From Mariprofundaceae bacterium (lineage in GTDB: Bacteria; Pseudomonadota; Zetaproteobacteria; Mariprofundales; Mariprofundaceae): a DNA stretch of 35,608 bases. The notes beneath the pieces are model-generated. The model was not told the DNA's origin and did no database searches. It was given only the letters and a program-made list of their open reading frames with translations. Both the position numbers and the translations under genes were made by a program. Shown here in pieces: positions 1 through 8,555 of this stretch. How positions within the stretch are numbered: the stretch's first letter is position 1; each line of letters opens with the position of its first letter. The stretch lies in NCBI GenBank assembly GCA_027018975.1, contig JALUXN010000275.1, forward strand, positions 1-35,608, written 5' to 3'.

Positions 1-1
1 T

Positions 2-2194
2 GATACTGACATTGTCAACGAAGTCGATCTGGAAGTGCGCAAAGAGTTGGTTCTGCCGAATGTCGATCCGCAGGATTTTGTGCGCCCCGGCGTCGAAATG
101 TACTACGCCTCCACCTGCCGCCAGTGCCCAGCCGGCTGCAGCATTCACGCCCGCAACCGCGAAGGGCGGGTTCTGAAGCTGGAGGGTAATCCGAACTCAC
201 CGGTCAACAAGGGTCGTCTATGCATGATGGGGCAGGCCGGCTTGCAGGGTCACTACAATCCTGACCGTCTGACCAAGCCGATGATTCGCAAGGGCGGCAA
301 GTTGGTCGAGGTCTCTTGGGACGAAGCCGAGAGCCGCCTGCAGAAAGCGCTGGGTCGCAAGAACGCTAGGCTTGCCTGGCTCAATGGTGCGACCAGTGGT
401 CACCACGCCGCATTGATCAATACCTATCTCGAGAGCGTCGGCTCCAAGCATCACTTTGTGTTCGACACGCTGCCGCCGGCGGTTGGCCACGCAGCCAACG
501 AAAAAACCTTCTCCTACGCCATGCCAAAGCTCGATTTCGACAAGGCGCAGCTGATTGTCTCCTTCGGCGCCGATTTCCTCGGCACATGGATGTCGCCGGT
601 GCAGTTCGCCGGTCAGTATGGCAAGTTCCGTGGCGCACCGCGCGGTACACTGGTGCAGATCGAGCCGAAGATGACCCTGACCGGCGCCAATGCCGATCGT
701 TGGATGCCGATCCGGCCGGGTACCGAGGGTCACCTTGCCCTTGCTCTCGCCTCACTGTTGGCACGCGACAGCCAATATGCCGCGCGCGTACCGGCAGATG
801 TACTCGCCTCTCTGAAAGATGTCGATATCGAAGCCACGTCTAAGGCAACCGACATCAGCGTTGAGCGCATCCATAAATTACATAAGCTCCTCACCAGCCG
901 CAGCCCGAGTTTGATTCTCTCCGGTGCCAGTGCAGAGGGCTTTGCGCATGGCTCGCAAGCGGCCAATGCTATCCTGCTGCTTAACATCATGCTGGATAAC
1001 GTCGGCAAGACCATTCTGCCGCGCGACAAAGTCGCGTTCCCGGATCTGCATCCGCAAATGGGTGGCTGGGCAGAGCTGAAACGCTTCATTGATGGCCTTA
1101 ATGCCGGCCAGTTCGATACCGTGGTGGTATTCGGCACCAATCCGATCTATCAGGCACCCGATTTCATGGCCGCCGACAAGGCCTTCGCGAAAGCGAAAAC
1201 ACGCGTCGCCTTCTCCATGTTCCCGGATGAGACCACGATGGCCGCCGATATTGTGATTCCGATTCACTCCTATCTGGAGGAGTGGAATACATCCATGCCG
1301 GCCTATGCGGTGGAGGATGGTCAGCTCAATCTCCAGCAGCCGACCATGAATCCGGTCTTTGGCAGCAGTGCCACCCGCTCTTTCGGCGATGTACTGCTCA
1401 AGTTGCTCGCCCATGTCGATGCGAAATATAAGCGTTGGGAGAGTTTTGAAGACTATGTGATGGATGCGCTGCTCACCATGCGTCCCGCGCTGGTCAATCC
1501 GCCGAAAGCGAGTGTGCCCGGCCAAACCGCCGAAGAGGGCTTCAGGCAGGGTATTCTGGCTGCCGGTTTTGTGCAGCTGAAGAGTGAGAAGGCAGCACCG
1601 ATCGAGGCCAAAGCGGCGGCTGTCGAACTGCCTGCCGCTGCTGCAGAGGATGCGAGTTACCCATTCCACCTTGTGCCGGCACCGCGTCTCGGCCTGTGGG
1701 ATGGTCGTCACGCCAACCTGCCGTGGCTGCAGGAGCTGCCAGATCAGCTGACCGAGGTCGTTTGGGATTCTTGGGTGGAGATCCATCCCAAAACAGCAGA
1801 AAAGTTAGGTGTGATTACCGGCGATGTGGTGCGTGTTACCTCTGCTGGTGGTTCGCTGGAGGCCAAGGCGGTTGTCTTCCCGGGCATCCACAAAAACACC
1901 ATCGCCATTCCGCTGGGTCAAGGGCACACCGAATATGGTCGCTACGCCAAGGGTATCGGCGTTAATCCGTACAAAATCCTTACCGCACAATTTGACAAGC
2001 AGACGGGCGAGCTGGCTACCCATGCTACCCGCGTGAAGGTTGAGAAGATTGCAGATCGTGGTCCGCTGGTCACGTTGGCCAATGGCGATCTGGTACTGGA
2101 GAGCAACACCAGTACGCAGGCCGGCCGCGAGATCGTCAAGACGGTCACCGCCAAGCAGTTCAACCGCACCGAAAAGAAGGGAAAGGAGGTATAA
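2..2194 (+). CDS. actB1: Alternative complex III subunit ActB1 (molybdopterin-oxidoreductase-fold protein), 5'-truncated by the window edge
   Basis: The frame is open from base 2 (DTDIVNEVDLEVRK...), so the start lies upstream. It has CRQCPAGC...GRLC, YNPDRL, VSWDEA, FGADFLGTW and DGRHANLPWLQELPD motifs typical of ActB/QrcB, and is followed by the actB2-C-D-E-F order. Confidence 0.85.
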   Translation, partial: DTDIVNEVDLEVRKELVLPNVDPQDFVRPGVEMYYASTCRQCPAGCSIHARNREGRVLKLEGNPNSPVNKGRLCMMGQAGLQGHYNPDRLTKPMIRKGGKLVEVSWDEAESRLQKALGRKNARLAWLNGATSGHHAALINTYLESVGSKHHFVFDTLPPAVGHAANEKTFSYAMPKLDFDKAQLIVSFGADFLGTWMSPVQFAGQYGKFRGAPRGTLVQIEPKMTLTGANADRWMPIRPGTEGHLALALASLLARDSQYAARVPADVLASLKDVDIEATSKATDISVERIHKLHKLLTSRSPSLILSGASAEGFAHGSQAANAILLLNIMLDNVGKTILPRDKVAFPDLHPQMGGWAELKRFIDGLNAGQFDTVVVFGTNPIYQAPDFMAADKAFAKAKTRVAFSMFPDETTMAADIVIPIHSYLEEWNTSMPAYAVEDGQLNLQQPTMNPVFGSSATRSFGDVLLKLLAHVDAKYKRWESFEDYVMDALLTMRPALVNPPKASVPGQTAEEGFRQGILAAGFVQLKSEKAAPIEAKAAAVELPAAAAEDASYPFHLVPAPRLGLWDGRHANLPWLQELPDQLTEVVWDSWVEIHPKTAEKLGVITGDVVRVTSAGGSLEAKAVVFPGIHKNTIAIPLGQGHTEYGRYAKGIGVNPYKILTAQFDKQTGELATHATRVKVEKIADRGPLVTLANGDLVLESNTSTQAGREIVKTVTAKQFNRTEKKGKEV

Positions 2195-2197
2195 GCC

Positions 2198-3052
2198 ATG
2201 ACGCTCAAACGTATGCTCGAGAACTGGTCTGACCTACGCAAACAGGACTACTACGAAGATGAACCCTACATGTGGGGGATGTCCATCGACCTGAACAAAT
2301 GTATCGGTTGCGGTTCCTGTGTCACGGCTTGCTATGCAGAGAACAATCTGCCGGTTGTCGGTAAGGAGCGCTACTCTACCGGTCACTCGATGCACTGGAT
2401 GCGCATTGAGCGCTACTGGGAGGAGCCGGAAGGCGAAGCGGATATCGACATCAAAGAGAGCGAATATCCCGAGCGCGGCGCCCACTACACGCCGATGATG
2501 TGCCAGCAGTGTAACCATGCGCCATGCGAGCCGGTCTGCCCGGTTGCAGCGACCTACCACACACCGGATGGCTTGAATGCGCAGGTCTATAACCGCTGTG
2601 TCGGCTCCCGCTATTGCGGTAACAACTGCCCGTACAAAGTGCGTTACTTCAACTTTTTCGACTTCTTCAAAGATCTGCCATCACCGCTGGAGATGCAGCT
2701 CAATCCGGATGTTTCGGTACGGAGTAAGGGTGTGATGGAGAAGTGCACCTTCTGTGTGCAGCGCATTCGTTCAGCCAAAGACGCTGCCGAGGATGAGGGT
2801 CACCGCGACTATATCGAGGATGGTACATTCCAAACTGCCTGCCAGCAGACCTGCCCGACCGAGGCGATTGTCTTCGGCAACCTGAAAGATGAACAGAGTC
2901 AAGTGAAACAGTCCTGGGTAAGCCATGAAGTGGAACTGAATCATTTTGAACAGGACAAATCGGAAGATGTGCGTGGCTACCGCGTGCTTGAAGAGCTGAA
3001 TGTCGAGCCGTGTGTAATGTATCTCGATCGCGTTCGCGATACCGAAGTCTGA
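2198..3052 (+). CDS. actB2: Alternative complex III iron-sulfur subunit ActB2 (NrfC/DmsB-like)
   Basis: Cys groups CIGCGSCVTAC, CQQCNHAPCEPVCP, CVGSRYCGNNCP and CTFC...CQQTCP give 15 Cys, consistent with three [4Fe-4S] plus one [3Fe-4S]; MHWMRIERY and LNPDVSVRSKGVMEKC motifs. Confidence 0.9.
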   Translation: MTLKRMLENWSDLRKQDYYEDEPYMWGMSIDLNKCIGCGSCVTACYAENNLPVVGKERYSTGHSMHWMRIERYWEEPEGEADIDIKESEYPERGAHYTPMMCQQCNHAPCEPVCPVAATYHTPDGLNAQVYNRCVGSRYCGNNCPYKVRYFNFFDFFKDLPSPLEMQLNPDVSVRSKGVMEKCTFCVQRIRSAKDAAEDEGHRDYIEDGTFQTACQQTCPTEAIVFGNLKDEQSQVKQSWVSHEVELNHFEQDKSEDVRGYRVLEELNVEPCVMYLDRVRDTEV

Positions 3053-3103
3053 TCGACCGCACAGTAAAGATGCTAGAAAAGATAAACGAGGGGAGATAAA
3101 TCC

Positions 3104-4501
3104 ATGAGTGATTACAGCATGAAAGATATCGAATGGGCTAAGATCAACAGAGATGTCTTAGCCAGTCTTGAATCGCCCAGAAAAGAGTTCTGGATCGTGC
3201 TTGGCGTCTGCTTGGTCTTGGTACTGTGCGGCGTTGCAGCTGAAGCCTACCAGTATAATGAAGGCTTGGGTGTAGCGTTGATGGATCGCCCCCACTTCTG
3301 GCAGCTCTATATCTCCAACTTCGTCTTCTGGATCGGCATGAGCCACTCGGGCACGTTGCTGTCAGCCATTCTACTACTGACGCAAGCCGATTGGCGTAAG
3401 CCGATTTACCGCTTCGCTGAAGCGATGACGCTCTTCTCCATCCTGACTGCCGCCATCTTCCCTGTGATCCACTTGGGTCGTGTCTGGAATATGTACTGGG
3501 TACTGCCTTATCCGAACGAGCGCACCATCTGGCCGAACTTCCGTTCGCCGTTGTTATGGGATGCTGCTGCAATCACCACCTACGCCACCAGCTCTATCCT
3601 CTTCCTCTATGTCGGCATGATCCCCGACTTGGCGATCTGTCGTGATAACGCCAAAGGGTGGCGCAAGAAGCTCTACACCGCACTCTCCATCGGTTGGATG
3701 GGTCGCGCCAGTGAGTGGCTGGCTTTCCGCAAGACCTACGTCCTGCTCGCCTGCTTCCTCGTACCATTGGCGGTGTCCGTGCACTCCATCGTGGCCTCCG
3801 ACTTCGCCATGTCCATCATGCCCGACTGGCACATCACCTCGTTCCCGCCCTACTTCGTGGCTGGCGCGCTCTACTCCGGTTGTGCGGCCATTATCACCCT
3901 GTTTGTGCTGCTCCGTTACGTCTTCAAGTTTGAGGCCTATATGACCACCGAGATCATGGATAAAACTGCGAAACTGACATTCGCCATCGCCATGGTCTGG
4001 AACTACCTCAACCTGAGTGAATATGCCTCCATCTGGTACTCCAACGACATGTTCGAGAAAGAGGTGTTGATGGAGAAATTCTTTGGTCCTTATCACTGGG
4101 TTGTCTGGGGCATGCTGCTCTGCGCCACCGTGGCACCGTTTGCGATGGCCTTCAAAAAGGTACGTCACAACATGTGGGCGATGTTCTGGCTCTCACTGGT
4201 ACTGCAGCTGGGCATGTGGCTGGAGCGCTTCCAGATCGTCAGCCCGCCGCTGGCCAGCAACCATGAGCCGTGGACCTGGGCAGTCGTGTGGCCGGGTCTG
4301 GTTCAGCTCACCATCACTGTGGCCAGTTTCGGCTGGTTCACCATGCTCTTCCTGATCTTCTGCAAGGTCTTCCCGAGTGTCTCCATGTACGAAGTGAAAG
4401 AGATGGTCTTCCATCGTCGCAAAGCCAGTTCGCGCACCGAAATGGAAGATCTTAATAAAGTGAAGGATGAAATGATCAAACAAGAGGAGGGCTTGTCATG
4501 A
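3104..4501 (+). CDS. actC: Alternative complex III quinol-binding membrane subunit ActC (NrfD/PsrC family)
   Basis: NFVFWIGMSHSGTLLSAIL, RFAEAMT, HLGR, NFRSPLLWD, SVHSIVASDF and PPYFVAGA motifs; about 10 TM helices. Confidence 0.92.
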   Translation: MSDYSMKDIEWAKINRDVLASLESPRKEFWIVLGVCLVLVLCGVAAEAYQYNEGLGVALMDRPHFWQLYISNFVFWIGMSHSGTLLSAILLLTQADWRKPIYRFAEAMTLFSILTAAIFPVIHLGRVWNMYWVLPYPNERTIWPNFRSPLLWDAAAITTYATSSILFLYVGMIPDLAICRDNAKGWRKKLYTALSIGWMGRASEWLAFRKTYVLLACFLVPLAVSVHSIVASDFAMSIMPDWHITSFPPYFVAGALYSGCAAIITLFVLLRYVFKFEAYMTTEIMDKTAKLTFAIAMVWNYLNLSEYASIWYSNDMFEKEVLMEKFFGPYHWVVWGMLLCATVAPFAMAFKKVRHNMWAMFWLSLVLQLGMWLERFQIVSPPLASNHEPWTWAVVWPGLVQLTITVASFGWFTMLFLIFCKVFPSVSMYEVKEMVFHRRKASSRTEMEDLNKVKDEMIKQEEGLS

Positions 4502-5034
4502 GGCGGAGAAAAAAACATTTTCTGTTCGGCGTATATGATGACTTTGACAAGGCAAGGGATGTTGTATCAGAACTGAAAATGCTCGATCTGAAAGAGATGG
4601 TGGTCGATAACATCGAACTCTACTCCCCGATTGAGCATCCTGAAGTCGAAGAGATCCTTGGTGAGTTTCATCAGCCGATTCAGCGCTTCACCTTCTTCGG
4701 CGCCATCACCGGTGCAATCTGCGCCTTCCTCTTGGTAGCCGGCGCAGCGCAGGCGATGTTTACCGTGCAGCCGCAGGGTGGCAAGCCGGTGATTCCGCTG
4801 CCAATGGATATTGTCATCACCTACGAAGGTACGATCATGTTCGGTGTTTACTCGACCATTATCGCCTTCCTGATCTATTCCGGCATGCCGAAACGCTTGA
4901 AAAAATACTACACCCAGAAGGTGAGTGAAGATCAGATCGGCATCGAAGTCGAGGTCGTCGCAGAGAAGAGTGATCTGGTACGTGCAGCCTTGGAGAAGTG
5001 CGGCGCAGTTGAAATCAGGGAAGTGACACAATGA
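4498..5034 (+). CDS. actD: Alternative complex III subunit ActD (DUF3341)
   Basis: Overlaps the actC stop (ATGA); YSPIEH, two TM helices, GGKP...P...ITYE motif; expected operon position. Confidence 0.85.
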   Translation: MRRRKKHFLFGVYDDFDKARDVVSELKMLDLKEMVVDNIELYSPIEHPEVEEILGEFHQPIQRFTFFGAITGAICAFLLVAGAAQAMFTVQPQGGKPVIPLPMDIVITYEGTIMFGVYSTIIAFLIYSGMPKRLKKYYTQKVSEDQIGIEVEVVAEKSDLVRAALEKCGAVEIREVTQ

Positions 5035-5591
5035 AAAAGCTACTGTTAACCATTTGTATTTTCGCGTTGCCAGTCACCGCACTGGCTTGGCCGTGGTCCA
5101 GAGACTTGATGAACCAACCCTCCATCAAGCCGCAGGAGCCGCCGATCAACACCTATCCGAAAGACTCGATCCCGGTGGGCGGCAGATGGACTAAGGTCGC
5201 TGATCGTGATGCGGCAGACAAGCTGGTCAATCCGGTCAAACCGACCCAAGCATCCATCAAAATGGGGCATGCACTCTTTCAAACCTACTGCTTCCCCTGC
5301 CATGGTTCCGGTGGTAAGGGTGATGGTCCGGTCGGCAAGATTTTTGAGACGACTCCGGCCGATCTCACATCGGACTACGTCAAAAATGATCTGACCGATG
5401 GCTGGATCTGGGGCACCATCACCTTCGGCAGCTATATCATGCCTCGCTACGGCTATGATATGTCGCCAAAGGAGCGTTGGGATGTGGTCAACTATATCCG
5501 TCATGAGCTGGAAAAACGGATGACCGCCACAAGTAAGGAAGAGCGCGCAGCACAGGTTCTCGGCGGCGCTCAGGATAAAGGGGGGGAGTAA
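5031..5591 (+). CDS. actE: Alternative complex III monoheme cytochrome c subunit ActE
   Basis: Signal peptide, DLMNQPSIKPQE, a single CFPCH heme motif, MPRYG Met ligand, ERWDVVNYIR. Confidence 0.88.
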   Translation: MKKLLLTICIFALPVTALAWPWSRDLMNQPSIKPQEPPINTYPKDSIPVGGRWTKVADRDAADKLVNPVKPTQASIKMGHALFQTYCFPCHGSGGKGDGPVGKIFETTPADLTSDYVKNDLTDGWIWGTITFGSYIMPRYGYDMSPKERWDVVNYIRHELEKRMTATSKEERAAQVLGGAQDKGGE

Positions 5592-5594
5592 GAC

Positions 5595-6635
5595 ATGACC
5601 ATGTCATTTCCAAATTGGGCAGTGTTGATGGATAACTATCTGTTCACACTCTATATCCCACTTGCAGCGACATTCTGGGCTGCGGTGCTACACTTGGTGA
5701 ACGGCAAATGGCGCTACGAAGTGCGTTTCCTGCTCGCCTCATCTCGGGCACTCTTTCCGCTCGGCTTCGTTCTGTTGTTGATTATTCTGGCCAGTGGCGA
5801 GCACAGCTTCCTGTGGATGAAAGGCGAGACATTCGGTCAGCCGCTCAATGGCTGGCACAATGTGCTCTTCTTCGATGCGCGTCAGATCGTTCTCTACTTG
5901 GTTGTCTGGGCATTCTGCCTGCACTTCATCAAGCTGCAGCGCAAAGAGTTCCCCCACGCTGATCCGGCCGATCGCCGCCGCTTCCGCAACTTCGCGCTGT
6001 TGGTACCGTTCGTCTACTGCATCTACGGCACCATCGTCGCTTGGGACTTCGAGATGACACAGGTGCCACGCTGGTGGAGCCCGCTCTATGGCCCCTACCA
6101 CTTTGAGAGCATGATGCGTGCGTTTCTCGCCTTCTTCATTGTTTCACTCTTTGTGCTGCGTCAACGCGACTGCCTGAAGCGTCGGATCAATGACTACGTG
6201 TTCAACTACGTGGCGCAGATTATGCTGGCTTTGACCATCATCTGGACCTACGCCTTCTTCATGCAGTATCTGGTCATGTGGTATGGCGACCTGCCGGAGG
6301 AGATCTTCCGCTATCACAATATGATGGACGGCCCGAACTGGTTCCTCTTCTGGCTCTTCTTCCTGTTGAATTCGTTTGTGCCGTTCCTGATGCTCATTTT
6401 CACCACCATGCGCCACTCACCGGCACTGATGCTCATTCCGTCATGTAGCATTTTGATCGGCACGTTCCTGGAGCGCTATATGTGGATCATCAGTGGTCAT
6501 GCTGACGATATTGATCACACACCGTTCCTCTCCTCTTGGATCGATGTGGCAATCACCGTCACCATCTTCACCTTGGGCTGCATCCTCTGGGATCGCCAAA
6601 TGAAGAAGGATGGCCTCTACTACGAAGGCGAATAA
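5595..6635 (+). CDS. actF: Alternative complex III membrane subunit ActF
   Basis: Multi-TM protein with HLVNGKW, WWSPLYG and WTYAFFMQYLVMWYGDLPEE motifs; last gene before a terminator. Confidence 0.85.
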   Translation: MTMSFPNWAVLMDNYLFTLYIPLAATFWAAVLHLVNGKWRYEVRFLLASSRALFPLGFVLLLIILASGEHSFLWMKGETFGQPLNGWHNVLFFDARQIVLYLVVWAFCLHFIKLQRKEFPHADPADRRRFRNFALLVPFVYCIYGTIVAWDFEMTQVPRWWSPLYGPYHFESMMRAFLAFFIVSLFVLRQRDCLKRRINDYVFNYVAQIMLALTIIWTYAFFMQYLVMWYGDLPEEIFRYHNMMDGPNWFLFWLFFLLNSFVPFLMLIFTTMRHSPALMLIPSCSILIGTFLERYMWIISGHADDIDHTPFLSSWIDVAITVTIFTLGCILWDRQMKKDGLYYEGE

Positions 6636-6651
6636 GCCTGCATCGTCACAC

Positions 6652-6690
6652 AAAAAGGCTGCCGTTCCAAATGGAATGGCAGCCTTTTTT
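6652..6690. terminator. Bidirectional intrinsic terminator between actF and nsrR
   Basis: AAAAAGGCTGCCGTTCCA...TGGAATGGCAGCCTTTTTT hairpin with A/T tracts on both sides, between convergent genes. Confidence 0.85.
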
Positions 6691-6722
6691 CGTTCATAGC
6701 CTCGGCTCGTGCCGGCCAAAAG

Positions 6723-7202
6723 TTACGGCTTCACATGACCTCGATGACTACTGCAGTCGCCCACCGACTCAGCCTGATGCAGCAACGCCAATGTCGCCTC
6801 CGGTTGGATCAGCACATCGGCTAGGGAATAACGATTGAGTGTATCAAGAAATGCCTTGCGCGCCTGAAAGATGCCATGTTTGAGCACGCACACCGGTGAG
6901 ATCGGGCAGGTATTGGTCTCCGGGTCGAAACACTCCAGCAAATTCATATGTGGCTCAGTACCAATGGTCACCGCACCGATATTGATCTGCTCCGGTTTAA
7001 GCGCCAAACTCATACCGCCCGATCTACCACGCACCGTCTTGATCCATCCGGCCTGTGAGAGTTTATGAACAACCTTCACCATGTGATTGCGATTCACTCC
7101 ATAGGCTTCAGCAATCTCGGTAATGGTACAACGGCGACCGGGATGCAGCCCCAAATAGAGCAATACGCGCAATGAATAATCGGCATGTTGTGTTAATTGC
7201 AT
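6723..7202 (-). CDS. nsrR: Rrf2-family NO-sensitive transcriptional repressor (NsrR-like)
   Basis: Start re-assigned to MQLTQHADYSLRVLLYL; NHMVKVVHKL, TVRGRSGGM, three Fe-S Cys (ECFDPETNTCPISPVC); divergent from globin genes. Confidence 0.85.
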   Translation of the reverse strand: MQLTQHADYSLRVLLYLGLHPGRRCTITEIAEAYGVNRNHMVKVVHKLSQAGWIKTVRGRSGGMSLALKPEQINIGAVTIGTEPHMNLLECFDPETNTCPISPVCVLKHGIFQARKAFLDTLNRYSLADVLIQPEATLALLHQAESVGDCSSHRGHVKP

Positions 7203-7221
7203 TGGCCAATGGTATATTCTC

Positions 7222-7274
7222 TTGACATCTTCTGTCCAGCACACATAACATTCATCCCCGATGCACGTTATGTG
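7222..7274 (+). promoter_or_regulatory. Sigma70-type promoter of the globin operon overlapped by an NsrR-type operator
   Basis: TTGACA (7222-7227), 18 bp, TAACAT (7246-7251). Inverted repeat CACATAAC-ATTCAT-CCCCG-ATGCAC-GTTATGTG (7242-7274); its 23-bp core resembles the NsrR box AAGATGCAT-N5-ATACATCTT. Confidence 0.65.
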
Positions 7275-7299
7275 CAGACAAACATTCGGAGGTTCAATC

Positions 7300-7665
7300 A
7301 TGAGCAGTGTCTACGAACAACTCGGTGGCGAAGCCGCCATCAACGCAGCAGTCGATGTCTTTTATCGTAAGGTCTTAGCAGATAAATATGTACTCCCCTT
7401 CTTTGAAGGCGTGGACATGGAGAAACAGGCAGCCAAACAGAAAGCATTCCTGACCATGGTCACCGGTGGACCCAACAGCTATACCGGCAAAGATATGCGC
7501 GAAGGCCATCGTCACCTGATCAAGATGGGGCTCAACGACTCTCACTTTGATCACATCCTCTGCCACCTGCGCTCCACACTGGCTGAGCTCGGCGTTGCAC
7601 AGAATCTGATCGACACCGTTATCAGCGTGGCCGAAAGCACTCGCGACGACGTATTGGATCGCTAA
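7300..7665 (+). CDS. Group I truncated hemoglobin (2/2 globin, GlbN-like), single domain, 121 aa
   Basis: RBS GGAGG at 7288-7292 before ATG 7300; YEQLGG, DVFY (TyrB10), FF (CD1), KQAAKQKAFL, GGP..Y.G, EGH (HisF8), HFD. Confidence 0.92.
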   Translation: MSSVYEQLGGEAAINAAVDVFYRKVLADKYVLPFFEGVDMEKQAAKQKAFLTMVTGGPNSYTGKDMREGHRHLIKMGLNDSHFDHILCHLRSTLAELGVAQNLIDTVISVAESTRDDVLDR

Positions 7666-8537
7666 CCATGCATTGGGGCACCTTTCTTCTCGCATTTTCG
7701 ATCTTTGTTGCGATCGGGCTACTCCTGCCGATCATCCTCTCTAGCATTGCCGAAAAAGGGCGTACCATGAAAAAAGAGGAGGACGTTAATCCGCCCAGCA
7801 GCAAACCGCAGACGCTGTTTGAGCAACTCGGCGGCGCTGCTGCGGTCAATGCAGCAGTCGATGTCTTCTATCGGCGTGTATTGGCGGATGCCTATATCAA
7901 CCGCTTCTTTGAAGGGGTCGATATGGAGAAGCAGGCGGCCAAGCAGAAAGCCTTCCTCACCATGGCATTCGGCGGGCCGCACAACTACTCCGGCAAAGAT
8001 ATGCGCGAAGGGCATCGTCATCTGGTCAAGATGGGGCTCAATGACTCCCACTTTGATCATATCCTGATGCATCTGCGGGCAACCCTTGCCGAGCTCGGTG
8101 TCGGTAACGACCTGATCCAGCAGGTGATCGACATCGCCGAGAGCACCCGTAATGACGTACTCGACCGCGATGACCGTTCACTCTATGAGCAGCTCGGCGG
8201 TGAAGCCGCTGTCAACGCCGCAGTCGATGTCTTCTATCGTCGCGTATTGGCAGATGCCTACATCGTCCGCTTCTTTGAAGGGGTCGATATGGAGAAGCAG
8301 GCTGCCAAACAAAAAGCCTTCCTCACCATGGCATTCGGCGGACCGCACAACTACTCCGGCAAGGATATGCGTGAAGGGCATCGCCACCTGATCAAGATGG
8401 GGCTCAACGACTCCCACTTTGATCATATCCTGATGCATCTGCGCGCCACACTCGCTGAGCTCGGTGTCGATAACGGCCTGATCCAGCAGGTGATTGCCAT
8501 CGCCGAAAGCACACGCGACGACGTATTGGATCGCTAA
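7312..8537 (+). repeat. Three direct copies of the ~350-bp globin-domain coding unit
   Basis: Units at about 7312-7665, 7820-8169 and 8184-8537 share long identical DNA tracts (GCAGTCGATGTCTT, CAAGATGGGGCTCAA; CGCGACGACGTATTGGATCGCTAA ends both genes). Confidence 0.85.
7668..8537 (+). CDS. Tandem two-domain group I truncated hemoglobin with an N-terminal 33-aa hydrophobic segment
   Basis: One TM-like helix (FLLAFSIFVAIGLLLPIIL), a linker, then two near-identical GlbN-like domains. A possible second in-frame start at 7767 (MKKEED) is preceded by AAGGG. Confidence 0.88.
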   Translation: MHWGTFLLAFSIFVAIGLLLPIILSSIAEKGRTMKKEEDVNPPSSKPQTLFEQLGGAAAVNAAVDVFYRRVLADAYINRFFEGVDMEKQAAKQKAFLTMAFGGPHNYSGKDMREGHRHLVKMGLNDSHFDHILMHLRATLAELGVGNDLIQQVIDIAESTRNDVLDRDDRSLYEQLGGEAAVNAAVDVFYRRVLADAYIVRFFEGVDMEKQAAKQKAFLTMAFGGPHNYSGKDMREGHRHLIKMGLNDSHFDHILMHLRATLAELGVDNGLIQQVIAIAESTRDDVLDR

Positions 8538-8555
8538 ACGCACATCGCCAAAGGG

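Noticed and set aside
878-1786. 302-aa - strand ORF
   Set aside because: Antisense to actB1; no independent support.
2-4501. Molybdoenzyme (polysulfide/DMSO reductase) operon
   Set aside because: Downstream actD, actE and actF and ActB/ActC-specific motifs identify alternative complex III.
7203-7301. ORF-track N-terminal extensions of nsrR (to 7301) and of the globin (from 7261)
   Set aside because: They overlap each other and the promoter/operator; family-typical starts are at 7202 and at 7300 (the latter with a GGAGG RBS).
7300-8537. Repeats as a CRISPR array or transposon
   Set aside because: The repeats are ~350-bp coding globin domains with no spacers, cas genes or transposase.
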